From: Bacillota bacterium
GTDB taxonomy: Bacteria > Bacillota > Dethiobacteria > Dethiobacterales > Dethiobacteraceae
Direction: 5' to 3'
Length of the DNA stretch: 64,000 nucleotides
Assembly: GCA_041695355.1 (NCBI GenBank)
Contig: JBGFRB010000002.1
Location: forward strand, 25,962-89,961
In this document: one piece after another, positions 34,296-43,920 of the stretch
Layout of the letters: every line of letters starts with the position of its first letter
How positions within the stretch are numbered: the stretch's first letter is position 1
Made by a program: the position numbers and the translations under genes
The notes under the pieces: generated by a model
The model's input: the letters and a program-made list of their open reading frames with translations, nothing else
What the model was told of the DNA's origin: nothing
Database searches by the model: none

Positions 34296-35438
34296 ATGCT
34301 TTCATTTAAATTAAGCCCGGAGCAGGAATCGCTGCGCACACTGGCCAGGGAGTTTGCCCGTTCGGTAATCCTCCCGGTGGCGGCGGAATATGACCGCAGC
34401 GGAGAGGTGCCTTGGCCGGTGATAAAGAAGGCCTGGGAAACAGGCTTTCTGAACATGGGGGTGCCGGAGGAGTACGGCGGAGGAGGGCAGGGTGTTTTGG
34501 CCGGCTGCCTGGTTTCCGAGGAGCTGGCTGCGGCCTGTGCCGGCATCTCGGCCACACTGGCCCTGACCGACCTGGCCTGCACCCCGCTAGTCCTGGCAGG
34601 CACAGCCGAACAGAAGGAGCGCTGGCTGCGTCCTGTCTGCCGGGAAATGAGAATGGTTTCCCTCTGCGTTACCGAGCCGGAGGCGGGTTCGGACGTGGCC
34701 TCGCTGGCCACCACCGCTGTACGCAACGGGGACAGCTACGTTTTAAGCGGCAGCAAGCAATTTATTACCAACGCCAGCATTGCCGACTATTTCGTGGTCT
34801 TTGCCTCTACTGACAGGAAAAAAGGACACCGCGGTATCAGTGCCTTTGTGGTCGAACGCACCGCGCCGGGCCTCTCGGTCGGAAAAAAGGAAGACAAGAT
34901 GGGGCAGCGCGCCTCGGATACGGCCGCTGTTTCTCTGGCAGAAGTGGTCGTCCCGGCTGAGAACCGCCTGGGAGAAGAAGGGGACGGCTTTCACCTGATC
35001 ATGCAGACGTTTAACCGGTCCAGGCCCGGGGTGGCGGCGGCGGCAGTCGGTCTTGGCCGGGCGGCCATGGAGCATGCCGTCCAATACGCCAAAACGAGGG
35101 TACAGTTTGGCGTGCCGATAATCCTGCACCAGGCTGTAGGTTTTATGCTCGCCGATATGCAGAAGGACCTGGATGCCGCCCGCCTGCTGGCCTGGCGTGC
35201 CGCCTGGCTGGCAGACCAGGGAGAGAAAAACTCCCGGGAGAGCGCCATGGCTAAGGCGTTTGCCGCAGACGTGGCCATGCGGGTCACGACCGAGGCGGTG
35301 CAGATTTTCGGCGGCTACGGCTACAGCCGGGAGTATCCGGTGGAAAAGCTGATGCGCGACGCCAAGGTAATGCAGATATACGAAGGGACCTCGCAGATTC
35401 AGCGCCTGCTGCTTACCAGGTCGCTGCTTGACCACTGA
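34296..35438 (+). CDS. acyl-CoA dehydrogenase (short/medium-chain type)
   Basis: TEPEAGSD and QIFGGYGYSREYPVEKLMRDAK motifs. Confidence 0.88.
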   Translation: MLSFKLSPEQESLRTLAREFARSVILPVAAEYDRSGEVPWPVIKKAWETGFLNMGVPEEYGGGGQGVLAGCLVSEELAAACAGISATLALTDLACTPLVLAGTAEQKERWLRPVCREMRMVSLCVTEPEAGSDVASLATTAVRNGDSYVLSGSKQFITNASIADYFVVFASTDRKKGHRGISAFVVERTAPGLSVGKKEDKMGQRASDTAAVSLAEVVVPAENRLGEEGDGFHLIMQTFNRSRPGVAAAAVGLGRAAMEHAVQYAKTRVQFGVPIILHQAVGFMLADMQKDLDAARLLAWRAAWLADQGEKNSRESAMAKAFAADVAMRVTTEAVQIFGGYGYSREYPVEKLMRDAKVMQIYEGTSQIQRLLLTRSLLDH

Positions 35439-35458
35439 TAACCAAAGGAGTGCAAAGT

Positions 35459-36670
35459 ATGAGCGAAATGAGCCGGGCCGCCAATTATTTGCTCGGTCTG
35501 ACCATGCTTTATTATTCCGCTCCCAGACAGGCTGACAGGAAGAAAAACCCGGTGGCCTGGTGTTCATCCATTGCGCCGGTGGAGTTCCTGCGCGCCCTTG
35601 ATGTCCTGCCACTCTTTCCGGAGAACCACGCCGCCCTGATCGGCGCCAGGAAAATGGGCGTGGAACTGGCCGAAGCGGCGGAGGCCATCGGTTATTCCAA
35701 CGACATCTGTTCCTACGCCCGGGCGGACATCGGCCATATCCTGACCGGCAAAAGCCCGGTGGACGGGCTGGCCAGGCCCGACTTTCTGGTCTGCTGCAAC
35801 AACATTTGCGGTACGGTTGTCAAGTGGTATGAAAATCTGGCGCGACATTTTCAGGTGCCGCTTTTTCTGCTTGACACTCCTTTTAACCATGAGCGGGAAA
35901 TACCGGAATTCAGCCTGCGGTATGTGGAGGCGCAGCTGCGGGAACTTATCCCCTGGCTGGAAGGGGTCACCGGCAGGGAGTTTGACTTTGAGCGTTTCAG
36001 AGAAATCTGCCTGCTGACAAACGAGACCTCGCGCCTCTGGAGGGAGGTGCTGGACCTGGCTAAGCACAGGCCGGCTCCCTTTACCGCTTTCGACACCTTT
36101 AACTACATGGCGCCGATAGTTACGATGCGGGGGACGCCGGAGGCCTTGGAATATTACCGCCTGCTCCTGGAAGAACTGCGGCAGAAGGTAAACGAGGGCG
36201 CCGCCGCCGTCGGAGCAGAGAAATACCGGCTGCTGTGGAACGGGATTCCGGTTTGGTTTGCGCTGCGCCCTATGCTGCAGTTAATGTCCAGACATGGGGC
36301 CAATCTGGTTTGCTCCACCTACACCAGCGCCTGGGTACTGGAGTTTGACCCGGATAACCTGCTCGGCAGCATGGCGGAAGCGTACACGGCAATCTTGATT
36401 AACCAGAGCCTGGGGCTGAAACTGGACAACCTGGAAAAGCTGCTCCGTGAATACGGCCTGGACGGCATTATCCATCACTCCAACCGCAGCTGCAAACCCT
36501 ATTGTTTCGGGCTTTATGACCTGAGCCGCCAGTTGCAGGCGGGCAGTCATCCCGTGCCGGAAATGATTTTTGACGGAGACCAGACTGACCCGCGCCATTT
36601 TTCCTGGGCGCAGTTTGAGACCAGGTTCCAGTCTTTTATGGAAACTTTGGCGGCATCAAGTTCAGGTTGA
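35459..36670 (+). CDS. 2-hydroxyacyl-CoA dehydratase family subunit (HgdB/BcrB-like)
   Basis: HGD-D family pattern CSSIAPVEFLRALDVLPLFPENH...ICSYAR. ATG at 35459 follows AAAGGAG. Confidence 0.75.
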   Translation: MSEMSRAANYLLGLTMLYYSAPRQADRKKNPVAWCSSIAPVEFLRALDVLPLFPENHAALIGARKMGVELAEAAEAIGYSNDICSYARADIGHILTGKSPVDGLARPDFLVCCNNICGTVVKWYENLARHFQVPLFLLDTPFNHEREIPEFSLRYVEAQLRELIPWLEGVTGREFDFERFREICLLTNETSRLWREVLDLAKHRPAPFTAFDTFNYMAPIVTMRGTPEALEYYRLLLEELRQKVNEGAAAVGAEKYRLLWNGIPVWFALRPMLQLMSRHGANLVCSTYTSAWVLEFDPDNLLGSMAEAYTAILINQSLGLKLDNLEKLLREYGLDGIIHHSNRSCKPYCFGLYDLSRQLQAGSHPVPEMIFDGDQTDPRHFSWAQFETRFQSFMETLAASSSG

Positions 36671-36691
36671 AGGTTGCAGGAGGGATGACAG

Positions 36692-37828
36692 ATGGAACAT
36701 GTGCTGCAAAGTTTGCTGGAGGCGGCCCGGAATCCGGCACCGGCGATAGCCGGGTGGAAGCAGGCGTCGGGAGGCAAGGTGGTGGGCTGGCTGCCCATCT
36801 ACGTGCCCGAGGAGTTGATCCACGCCGCCGGTGCCCTGCCGGTCAGCCTGTGGGGCGGCAAAACGGAAATTGCCAGGGCCGACGCACACCTGCAGGGTTT
36901 TGCCTGCTCGGTGGTGCGGGCGGTGCTGGAATACGGCCTGAAAGGCACGTATAACATGGTTGACGGCTTTATCTTTCCGTCCACGTGTGACCATATCCAG
37001 AATACCTCTGATATCTGGGCCGCTGTCTTTCCTGACCGGCCCAAATTCGACCTTGTCTATCCGGCCAACAGGCGAAGCAGCGCCTCCGCTGCTTACCTGG
37101 AGCAGCTTTTTACCGCGCTGCAGGAGTGGCTGGAGGGGCTGACCGGCTGCCGGCCAAGCGAAACGAAGCTGCGGGAAAGTATCGGCACCTACAACCGTTA
37201 CCGCTCTCTTAGCGCTGAATTGGCTTCTTTGCGTTCGGCCCGGCCGGAGTGCCTGACCGGGCTGGAGTTTGCGCTGATTACCAAGGCGGCGCTGTTCATG
37301 GAAAAGGAGGAGTATAACCGGCGCTTGGCGGAATTGCTGCCGTGGCTGGCCAACAGGACGGTCAGGCCGCAGCCGAAAGTGCGCCTGGTTGCTTCCGGGA
37401 TCATGGCCGAGCCGGAGGAAATCCTGGAAATCCTTGATGAACTGGGAGGCGTCGTGGTGGCTGACGACCTGGCGCTGGGGGCCAGGACCCTGCGTGCGCC
37501 GTCCGACGAGAGGTTGCCGCCGCTTTCCGCCCTGGTGGACAGGCACCTTCGCCTTGGGCCGTGCTCCACGCTGTATGACTGCCGGAAAGAACGGGGCGCC
37601 CATTTATTGGGGCTGGCTGCCAGGCACAATGCCGACGGCGTCCTGTTCCTGAGCATGAAATTTTGTGAGGCTGAAGAATTTGACTACCCGGTCGTGAAAG
37701 CGGAACTGGAGGCGGCCGGCCTCCCCCACCTGTTCCTGGAAGTGGAGCAGCAAATGTCGGCGCTTGGCCAGGTACGGACGAGGCTGCAGGCCTTCCTAGA
37801 AATCCTGGCGCAGGGACCAAAGCTATGA
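36692..37828 (+). CDS. 2-hydroxyacyl-CoA dehydratase family subunit (HgdA/BcrC-like)
   Basis: GWLPIYVPEELIHAAGALPV, FACSVVR and MKFCEAEEFDYP patterns. Confidence 0.75.
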   Translation: MEHVLQSLLEAARNPAPAIAGWKQASGGKVVGWLPIYVPEELIHAAGALPVSLWGGKTEIARADAHLQGFACSVVRAVLEYGLKGTYNMVDGFIFPSTCDHIQNTSDIWAAVFPDRPKFDLVYPANRRSSASAAYLEQLFTALQEWLEGLTGCRPSETKLRESIGTYNRYRSLSAELASLRSARPECLTGLEFALITKAALFMEKEEYNRRLAELLPWLANRTVRPQPKVRLVASGIMAEPEEILEILDELGGVVVADDLALGARTLRAPSDERLPPLSALVDRHLRLGPCSTLYDCRKERGAHLLGLAARHNADGVLFLSMKFCEAEEFDYPVVKAELEAAGLPHLFLEVEQQMSALGQVRTRLQAFLEILAQGPKL

Positions 37829-38649
37829 CCTTAACCATGGGCGTTGACCTGGGTTCCATTACGGCCAAGTGTGTACTTCTGCAGGACGGCTGCCGGGTGC
37901 TGGCCGACCGTGTCGTTAAAGGCGGTATGGTCGGGGACGGAGCTGAGAAGGCGGTGAGGGAAGCGCTGGAACAGGCAGGGGTTTCCCAGACAGATGTTGC
38001 TTATATCGTGGCCACCGGCTACGGGCGGGTAATATTTTCAGGTGCCCGTGAGGAAGTGAGCGAGATAGGCTGTCACGGTAAAGGCGCCTTTTTTCAGGAT
38101 CCGAGAGTGCGCACCGTTATCGACATCGGCGGCCAGGATGCCAAGGTTATCCGTCTGGGCACCGGGGGCCGCGTGCTGAACTTTGCCATGAACGAGAAGT
38201 GTGCCGCCGGCACCGGGCGGTTCCTGGAAGTAATGGCTCAGGCTCTTTCGGCCCCGGTAGCGGAACTGGCACGCCTTGGCGGACGGCCCGCGGGAAAAGT
38301 GAATATCAGCAGTACCTGCACGGTATTTGCGGAATCAGAGGTAATTTCCCACCTTGCTGCCGGCCGGCCGGTCGCCGATATTGCGGCCGGTATCCATGAA
38401 TCAATTGCCAGGCGGATTGCCGGCCTCGCCTATCGCGTCGGGCTGGAGGAGAAAGTGATGGTCACCGGCGGTGTGGCCCAAAACGAAGGGGTGGTGGCGG
38501 CGCTTGCGGAAAAGCTGGGCTGCGAACTGCTCGTCCCGCGCTTTGCCCAGACCAACGGCGCTCTGGGGGCCGCAATTTTCGCTTTTGAAAAAGTAAGTAA
38601 ATCATCCGGGGAGACTGGAGCAGCTGATGTTAAGAAGACAGAGGGTTAA
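37825..38649 (+). CDS. BcrAD/BadFG-type ATPase, (R)-2-hydroxyacyl-CoA dehydratase activase (HgdC-like)
   Basis: GVDLGSITAK and CAAGTGRFLE (cluster cysteine context), about 270 aa. ATGA overlap with the upstream subunit. Confidence 0.85.
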   Translation: MTLTMGVDLGSITAKCVLLQDGCRVLADRVVKGGMVGDGAEKAVREALEQAGVSQTDVAYIVATGYGRVIFSGAREEVSEIGCHGKGAFFQDPRVRTVIDIGGQDAKVIRLGTGGRVLNFAMNEKCAAGTGRFLEVMAQALSAPVAELARLGGRPAGKVNISSTCTVFAESEVISHLAAGRPVADIAAGIHESIARRIAGLAYRVGLEEKVMVTGGVAQNEGVVAALAEKLGCELLVPRFAQTNGALGAAIFAFEKVSKSSGETGAADVKKTEG

Positions 38650-39625
38650 TGCAACGGAATGCGGAGCAGAACCGTTTTGCTGGCAAAGGCTGTCTTTGCC
38701 GACACCTTTTCCGGTTGGGCCGGTAAATGTTTACCTGTTGGCCGGCGAGCCGCTGACGTTGATCGACACCGGCCCCGACACACCGGAAGCAAGGGCGGGG
38801 CTGACCGCTGCACTGAACGCGGCAGGCTTTGCCCCGCAGGATATAGCACGGGTGGCAATTACACACGGGCACAGCGACCACGCCGGCCTGTCCGCCTGGT
38901 TTCGGGAAATGGGGGCGGAGGTACTGCTGCACCCTCTCGAAGCGGAAAAATTGTCCGGACTGGACTTTTGGCCGGCGCGTCGCGAGTATCTGCGGCAGCT
39001 TGGTGTTCCCGACGAACTGTTGGAGGCGGCGCATTCCCTGGCGCGACGGACGGCGTCCTTCCGGGGAGGTTGCCTGACTGACTTCCGGCCGCTGCAGGAG
39101 GGAGACACGTTGGAGTTTAACGGTTTTTCCCTGTCGGTCCTGGCAGTGCCGGGTCACACCGGCGGGCATCTGGCCTTTTATCAGGAGGAAAACGAGGTGT
39201 TGCTGTGCGGCGATACGCTGCTGAATAAAATCAGCCCCAACCCGCTGGCGGAAGTGCACCCCGCCAGGCCGGGCGAAAGGTCCGGGAGCCTAAGCCAGTT
39301 TTTATCAACCATGGACAGGGTTATAGAACTGGCGCCGGAGCTGGTCTTGCCCGGTCATGGCGAGGCTTTGCGGGAGGCGGGGCAGCGCGTCGCAGAAATA
39401 ACCAATCACCATCGCCAGCGCCTGCAGCACATCAGAGGAATGGTCCAGGCACGCGGGCCGTGTTCTCCTTTTGAACTGGCCAGCCAGCTTTACGGCCGTT
39501 TGAGCGGCTGGGACGTGTTGCTGGCCGTTTCTGAGGTCAGCGCTCACCTGGACTGGCTTACCGCCCGCGGGGACCTCGAAGAAACCGCTGATTATAGCGG
39601 CCGGCAGACCTATCAAACACTATAA
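38627..39625 (+). CDS. MBL-fold metallo-hydrolase
   Basis: HGHSDHAG (HxHxDH) motif plus downstream PGHTGGH. Confidence 0.8.
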   Translation: MLRRQRVNATECGAEPFCWQRLSLPTPFPVGPVNVYLLAGEPLTLIDTGPDTPEARAGLTAALNAAGFAPQDIARVAITHGHSDHAGLSAWFREMGAEVLLHPLEAEKLSGLDFWPARREYLRQLGVPDELLEAAHSLARRTASFRGGCLTDFRPLQEGDTLEFNGFSLSVLAVPGHTGGHLAFYQEENEVLLCGDTLLNKISPNPLAEVHPARPGERSGSLSQFLSTMDRVIELAPELVLPGHGEALREAGQRVAEITNHHRQRLQHIRGMVQARGPCSPFELASQLYGRLSGWDVLLAVSEVSAHLDWLTARGDLEETADYSGRQTYQTL

Positions 39626-39642
39626 ATAAGGGGAGTTGTGGC

Positions 39643-40416
39643 ATGGATTATCTGAAACTGGCTGTGGAAAAAGAGAACGGATATGTTGTGGCCGCCATCA
39701 GCAATCCTCCGGCCAATGCCTTGAGTCAGGCGGTGCTAGTGGAATTGCACAGCCTGCTCGACCAGTGCCTTGCTGACAGCGAAGTCAGGGCTATTGTTAT
39801 TGCCGGTTCGGGAGAAAAGCTGTTCAGCGGCGGGGCCGACATTACCGAATTTGCTTTTATGCAAGCCGGCGGCAGTCCCTTAATCGACGGCAACACGGTG
39901 TTTTCCAGGATTGAAAATTTTCCAAAGCCGGTCATTGCCGCCATCCAGGGTAGTGCCTTTGGCGGCGGCTGTGAACTGGTTCTGTCCTGTCACCTGAGAA
40001 TCATGTCGGCCTCCGCGAAAATTGGGTTGCCGGAGGTAAGGCTCGGCATTATCCCTGGATGGGGAGGGACGCAGCGGCTGCCCAGGCTGATCGGCAAGAC
40101 CAGGGCCATGCAAATGATTTTAACCGGCGACCCGCTGGCTGCTGAGGAAGCGCTTGCCTGCGGCCTGGTAAACAGCGTGCTGCCGGCGGAGGAAGTGCTG
40201 GCCGGAGCCAAAGCTTTGGCCGCCAGGCTGGCCGGTGGGGCGCCGCTGGCGATACGGGAAATTGTCAGGGCTGTTACCATGGGTCTTGATACCGGCATTG
40301 AGGAGGGACTGAAAATAGAAGCAGACGGCTTTAAAACGGTTTTCGCCAGCGAAGACGCCAAAGAGGGTCCCATGGCCTTCTTTCAGAAACGACCGGCCAA
40401 TTTTCAAGGCAGATAG
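39643..40416 (+). CDS. enoyl-CoA hydratase/isomerase (crotonase) family protein
   Basis: FSGGADI, GSAFGGGCEL and GLPEVRLGIIPGWGGTQRL motifs. Confidence 0.88.
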   Translation: MDYLKLAVEKENGYVVAAISNPPANALSQAVLVELHSLLDQCLADSEVRAIVIAGSGEKLFSGGADITEFAFMQAGGSPLIDGNTVFSRIENFPKPVIAAIQGSAFGGGCELVLSCHLRIMSASAKIGLPEVRLGIIPGWGGTQRLPRLIGKTRAMQMILTGDPLAAEEALACGLVNSVLPAEEVLAGAKALAARLAGGAPLAIREIVRAVTMGLDTGIEEGLKIEADGFKTVFASEDAKEGPMAFFQKRPANFQGR

Positions 40417-40457
40417 TTTGCTTGCCGGCATAATTATCCGGTAAGGGAGGCTTAAAA

Positions 40458-41912
40458 ATGAAAACAGCGGCCGAGTACACCGACAGTTTAAAAAAGCGGC
40501 GTTTAACTGTCTATATGTTCGGAGAGCTGGTGGAAAACCCGGTGGAAAACCCGGTGATCCGCCCATCCCTCAATTCAGTGGCCAAAACCTATGAATTGGC
40601 TGAAGACCCGCGCTACGCGGAGCTGATGACTGTCACCTCCAGCCTGACGGGAAAGAGAATTAACCGCTTCACTCATTTGCACCAAAGCTGTGCCGACCTG
40701 GTGGACAAAGTGAAAATGCTGCGGCTGCTGGGTCAGAAAACCGGTTCCTGTTTCCAGCGCTGTGTCGGCTTTGACGCTTTCAACGCTGTGGACAGCACCA
40801 CCGCGGAAATGGACGGGGCGCTTGGCACCTGTTACAACAAATTATTCCGCAAATTTTTGCAGTACGTCCAAGACGAGGACCTGGTCTGCACCGGTGCCAT
40901 GACCGATCCCAAAGGTGACCGCTCTCTTAAAAGCCCCAGCCAACAGGCTGACCCGGACCTGTACCTGCGGGTGGTAGCCAGGGAAGCTGACGGAATAGTG
41001 GTGCGCGGCGCCAAGTGCCACCAGACCGGGGCGCTGAATTCCCACGAAATTCTCGTCATGCCTACTATGGCCTTAAGCAGCGAGGAAGACAGGGACTATG
41101 CCGTCTGTTTTGCCCTGCCCAGTGACAGCAAGGGGCTGGTTTATATTTACGGGCGCCAGGCCAGCGACACGCGCAAGCTGGAGGGCGGCGGCATGGATGT
41201 GGGCAATTGCCGCTACGGCGGACACGAGGCAGTAATTATCTTTGATGATGTTTTTGTGCCCTGGGAGCGGGTGTTCATGTGCGGCGAATATAAATTTGCC
41301 TCGCTGCTTGTGGAACGCTTCGCCGGCTACCACCGCCAGAGTTACGGGGGCTGCAAGGTTGGCGTCGGCGACGTGCTGATTGGGGCGGCGGCCCAGGCCG
41401 CGGAATATCAGGGCACCGACAAAGCCTCGCACGTCAGGGATAAACTTATTGAAATGGTGCACTTAAACGAGACGCTGTATGCCTGCGGGATTGCCTGCTC
41501 GTCCCAGGGGAGCGTGACAGCCTCGGGGACCTACCTGATTGATTTGCTGCTGGCTAACGTCTGCAAGCAGAACGTGACGCGCTTTCCCTATGAGATTGCG
41601 AGGCTGGCCGAGGACATTGCCGGCGGGCTGCTGGTTACGATGCCCGCGGAAGCCGATTTCCGGCACCCGCAGGCAGGCAGGTACCTGGAAAAGTACCTGA
41701 AGGGAGTTGCCTCCGTGCCGACTGAGCATCGGCTGCGCATGCTCCGCCTGATTGAAAACCTGACTATCGGCACGGCAGCGGTGGCGTACAGGACCGAATC
41801 AATGCACGGTGCCGGCTCCCCGCAGGCGCAGCGGGTAATGATTGCCCGCCAGGCCGATATGGAGTGCAAAAAGCGGCTGGCGCGGGTGCTGGCCGGGATT
41901 GAGCCGGAATAA
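40458..41912 (+). CDS. 4-hydroxybutyryl-CoA dehydratase / vinylacetyl-CoA isomerase family (AbfD-like; 4-HPA hydroxylase fold)
   Basis: TGSCFQRCVG (CxxxC cluster ligands) and the later GGHEAVIIFDDVFVPWERVFMCGE (His and Cys ligand context). Confidence 0.75.
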   Translation: MKTAAEYTDSLKKRRLTVYMFGELVENPVENPVIRPSLNSVAKTYELAEDPRYAELMTVTSSLTGKRINRFTHLHQSCADLVDKVKMLRLLGQKTGSCFQRCVGFDAFNAVDSTTAEMDGALGTCYNKLFRKFLQYVQDEDLVCTGAMTDPKGDRSLKSPSQQADPDLYLRVVAREADGIVVRGAKCHQTGALNSHEILVMPTMALSSEEDRDYAVCFALPSDSKGLVYIYGRQASDTRKLEGGGMDVGNCRYGGHEAVIIFDDVFVPWERVFMCGEYKFASLLVERFAGYHRQSYGGCKVGVGDVLIGAAAQAAEYQGTDKASHVRDKLIEMVHLNETLYACGIACSSQGSVTASGTYLIDLLLANVCKQNVTRFPYEIARLAEDIAGGLLVTMPAEADFRHPQAGRYLEKYLKGVASVPTEHRLRMLRLIENLTIGTAAVAYRTESMHGAGSPQAQRVMIARQADMECKKRLARVLAGIEPE

Positions 41913-41925
41913 AGAGAGAGCCGGG

Positions 41926-43233
41926 GTGTTGGCTGTGACAAAACCGGTTGTTTCACTGGTCACCTTTGATGACCCTTACCGCTCGCTGCGCAAAGCGCTG
42001 GAGCTGTGCGACGGGTTTGCCGGGCTGGACAGAAACGACAGAATTCTCATTAAACCGAACCTGGTGTCCTGGGACTTTGATCTGCCCTTCCCTCCCTACG
42101 GCGTGGTCGTTACCTCGGCCGTAATGGCTGCCCTGGTCAGCATACTGTACGAAGAAGGGTTCCGCCGGCTGACCATCGGGGAGGGACCGCTGATGATTCC
42201 CAAAACGCGGGGCAGGGCGATGTTTACCGTCTTGGGCTACGACATCCTGCGGGAAAAGTACGGTGTACAGCTGGCGGACTTTAATGAAGAAAAGTTTGAG
42301 CCGGTTGATTTTGGCGGACTGAAGCTTTCCGTGGCCCGCAGGGTACTGGAGGCAGATAAGATTATCAATCTGCCGGTGCTGAAGACCCACAACCAGTGCC
42401 AGGTTTCCCTGGGCATTAAAAACCTGAAGGGCTGCCTGGACAGAAAGTCCAAAACCGTCTGCCACGGCAAAGAACTTGACCTAGACCACACCTTCCCGCA
42501 CATCACGGAAAAGCTTCCGGTCGCCCTGACCGTGACAGACGGCGTGTTTGCCTTGGCCAGGGGTCCGGGGCACACCGGGGAGGCGGTCAGAAAAAACCTG
42601 CTGCTGGCCTCAAGAAATGTCCTGGCCTGTGACATAGCGGGAGCCGAGCTGATGAGCTTCAGTGCCGGCAAAATCAAGCACCTGGCTTATTACGCCGCTC
42701 TGACCAATGGTGCTGCGGGCCTTGAGGAGATTGAAATCAGAGGGGAGCCTTTGGAAAAGCACCGTTTTCCCCTGGAGCATGACTGGGAGTGGACGTCCGG
42801 GAACACCGGGCCGCTTGCCTTTCAGAAAAAGGGCATTACCGGTCTTGCCGTCAGGAAGTATGACAGCTCACTTTGCACCGGCTGCTCCATGATGTACAAC
42901 CCCATGCTGATTTTGCTGATGTCGGCCTTTCAGGGGGCACCCTTTCCCAACGTGGAAGTAATCACCGGTAAAAGACAAAAAGCCTCGCCCGGCTTTGACT
43001 ATTCGGTGTTGTACGGCCAATGCGCCTGCTCCCTGAACAGGGACAACCCTGCTGTCAGGCAGGCCATTCCCATCGGCGGCTGCCCGCCGGATTTGGAGGA
43101 ATTTATGGCGGCGCTGCGGGAGGCAGGGATTAACTGCGACTATAAGCAATACATTGCCTTCCGGCACTATCTGTTTAATCGCTACAGAAAGGAAGACGGC
43201 TTTGACCCGGCGTTGTTTTCGCTTGGCGGATGA
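41926..43233 (+). CDS. DUF362 domain protein with a Cys-rich C-terminal region
   Basis: VSLVTFDDPYRSLRKALELC...ILIKPNL is a DUF362-like N-terminus. The track start at 41842 overlaps the previous gene, so I prefer the GTG at 41926. Confidence 0.6.
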   Translation: MLAVTKPVVSLVTFDDPYRSLRKALELCDGFAGLDRNDRILIKPNLVSWDFDLPFPPYGVVVTSAVMAALVSILYEEGFRRLTIGEGPLMIPKTRGRAMFTVLGYDILREKYGVQLADFNEEKFEPVDFGGLKLSVARRVLEADKIINLPVLKTHNQCQVSLGIKNLKGCLDRKSKTVCHGKELDLDHTFPHITEKLPVALTVTDGVFALARGPGHTGEAVRKNLLLASRNVLACDIAGAELMSFSAGKIKHLAYYAALTNGAAGLEEIEIRGEPLEKHRFPLEHDWEWTSGNTGPLAFQKKGITGLAVRKYDSSLCTGCSMMYNPMLILLMSAFQGAPFPNVEVITGKRQKASPGFDYSVLYGQCACSLNRDNPAVRQAIPIGGCPPDLEEFMAALREAGINCDYKQYIAFRHYLFNRYRKEDGFDPALFSLGG

Positions 43234-43287
43234 CAGGCCGCTTCCGGTCCTGACTGACGAACCAAATTAACTGTTGGAGGAATAGGC

Positions 43288-43818
43288 GTGCTGATTGAGT
43301 ATAACGGTAAAAAGCCGCGGGTTTCGGAAAAGGCCTTCCTGGCGCCTGATACCACACTGATTGGCGACGTGACGGTGGAGGCGGGGGCCAGCATCTGGCC
43401 CGGCGCCCGTCTGCGCGGGGACTTTGGCAAAATCGTGGTGGGCGCCTGCAGCAGCATCCAGGACAACGCCGTAATCCATGTGCTGCCGGGCGGCGCTACC
43501 ATCGTAGAGGAGCATGTCACCGTGGCGCACGGCGCGGTGTTACACAACTGCACTCTGAAAAAGGGGAGCGTGGTGGGAATGAACGTGGTGGTGATGGATA
43601 ATGCCGTGGTCGGCGAGCAGGCGATGATTGCCGCCGGCAGCGTTGTTGCCGGCGGAGCGGAAATTCCGGCCCGCCACCTGGCGGCCGGTACGCCGGCCGT
43701 GGTAAAAAAAGAACTTTCCGGCCAGGCGCTGTGGTGGGTGGAGGCCAGTTCCGCCGCTTACGTCCAGCTGGCGGAAAGCTACCTGGCGCAGGGGATAGGG
43801 CGGGTTAAGCAGACATAG
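43288..43818 (+). CDS. gamma-carbonic-anhydrase-like hexapeptide-repeat protein (PaaY/YrdA type)
   Basis: Left-handed beta-helix repeats such as IGDVTVEAGASIWPGARLRGD. GGAGGA RBS and a GTG start. Confidence 0.8.
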   Translation: MLIEYNGKKPRVSEKAFLAPDTTLIGDVTVEAGASIWPGARLRGDFGKIVVGACSSIQDNAVIHVLPGGATIVEEHVTVAHGAVLHNCTLKKGSVVGMNVVVMDNAVVGEQAMIAAGSVVAGGAEIPARHLAAGTPAVVKKELSGQALWWVEASSAAYVQLAESYLAQGIGRVKQT

Positions 43819-43851
43819 CCGGTTATACATAGAGATGATGCCGGACGCTGA

Positions 43852-43867
43852 CGGTGTAAAACTTGCT
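43852..43867 (+). promoter_or_regulatory. candidate sigma-54 (-24/-12) promoter CGGTGTAAAACTTGCT
   Basis: GG at 43853-54 and TTGC at 43863-66, with the canonical spacing. It lies 54 nt upstream of the ATG at 43921 and resembles the element at 48054. Confidence 0.4.
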
Positions 43868-43920
43868 GCCGCCGTGCCCTAAAACGAGGGAAGAAAGATT
43901 TATGAATGAGGTGAAATGGT

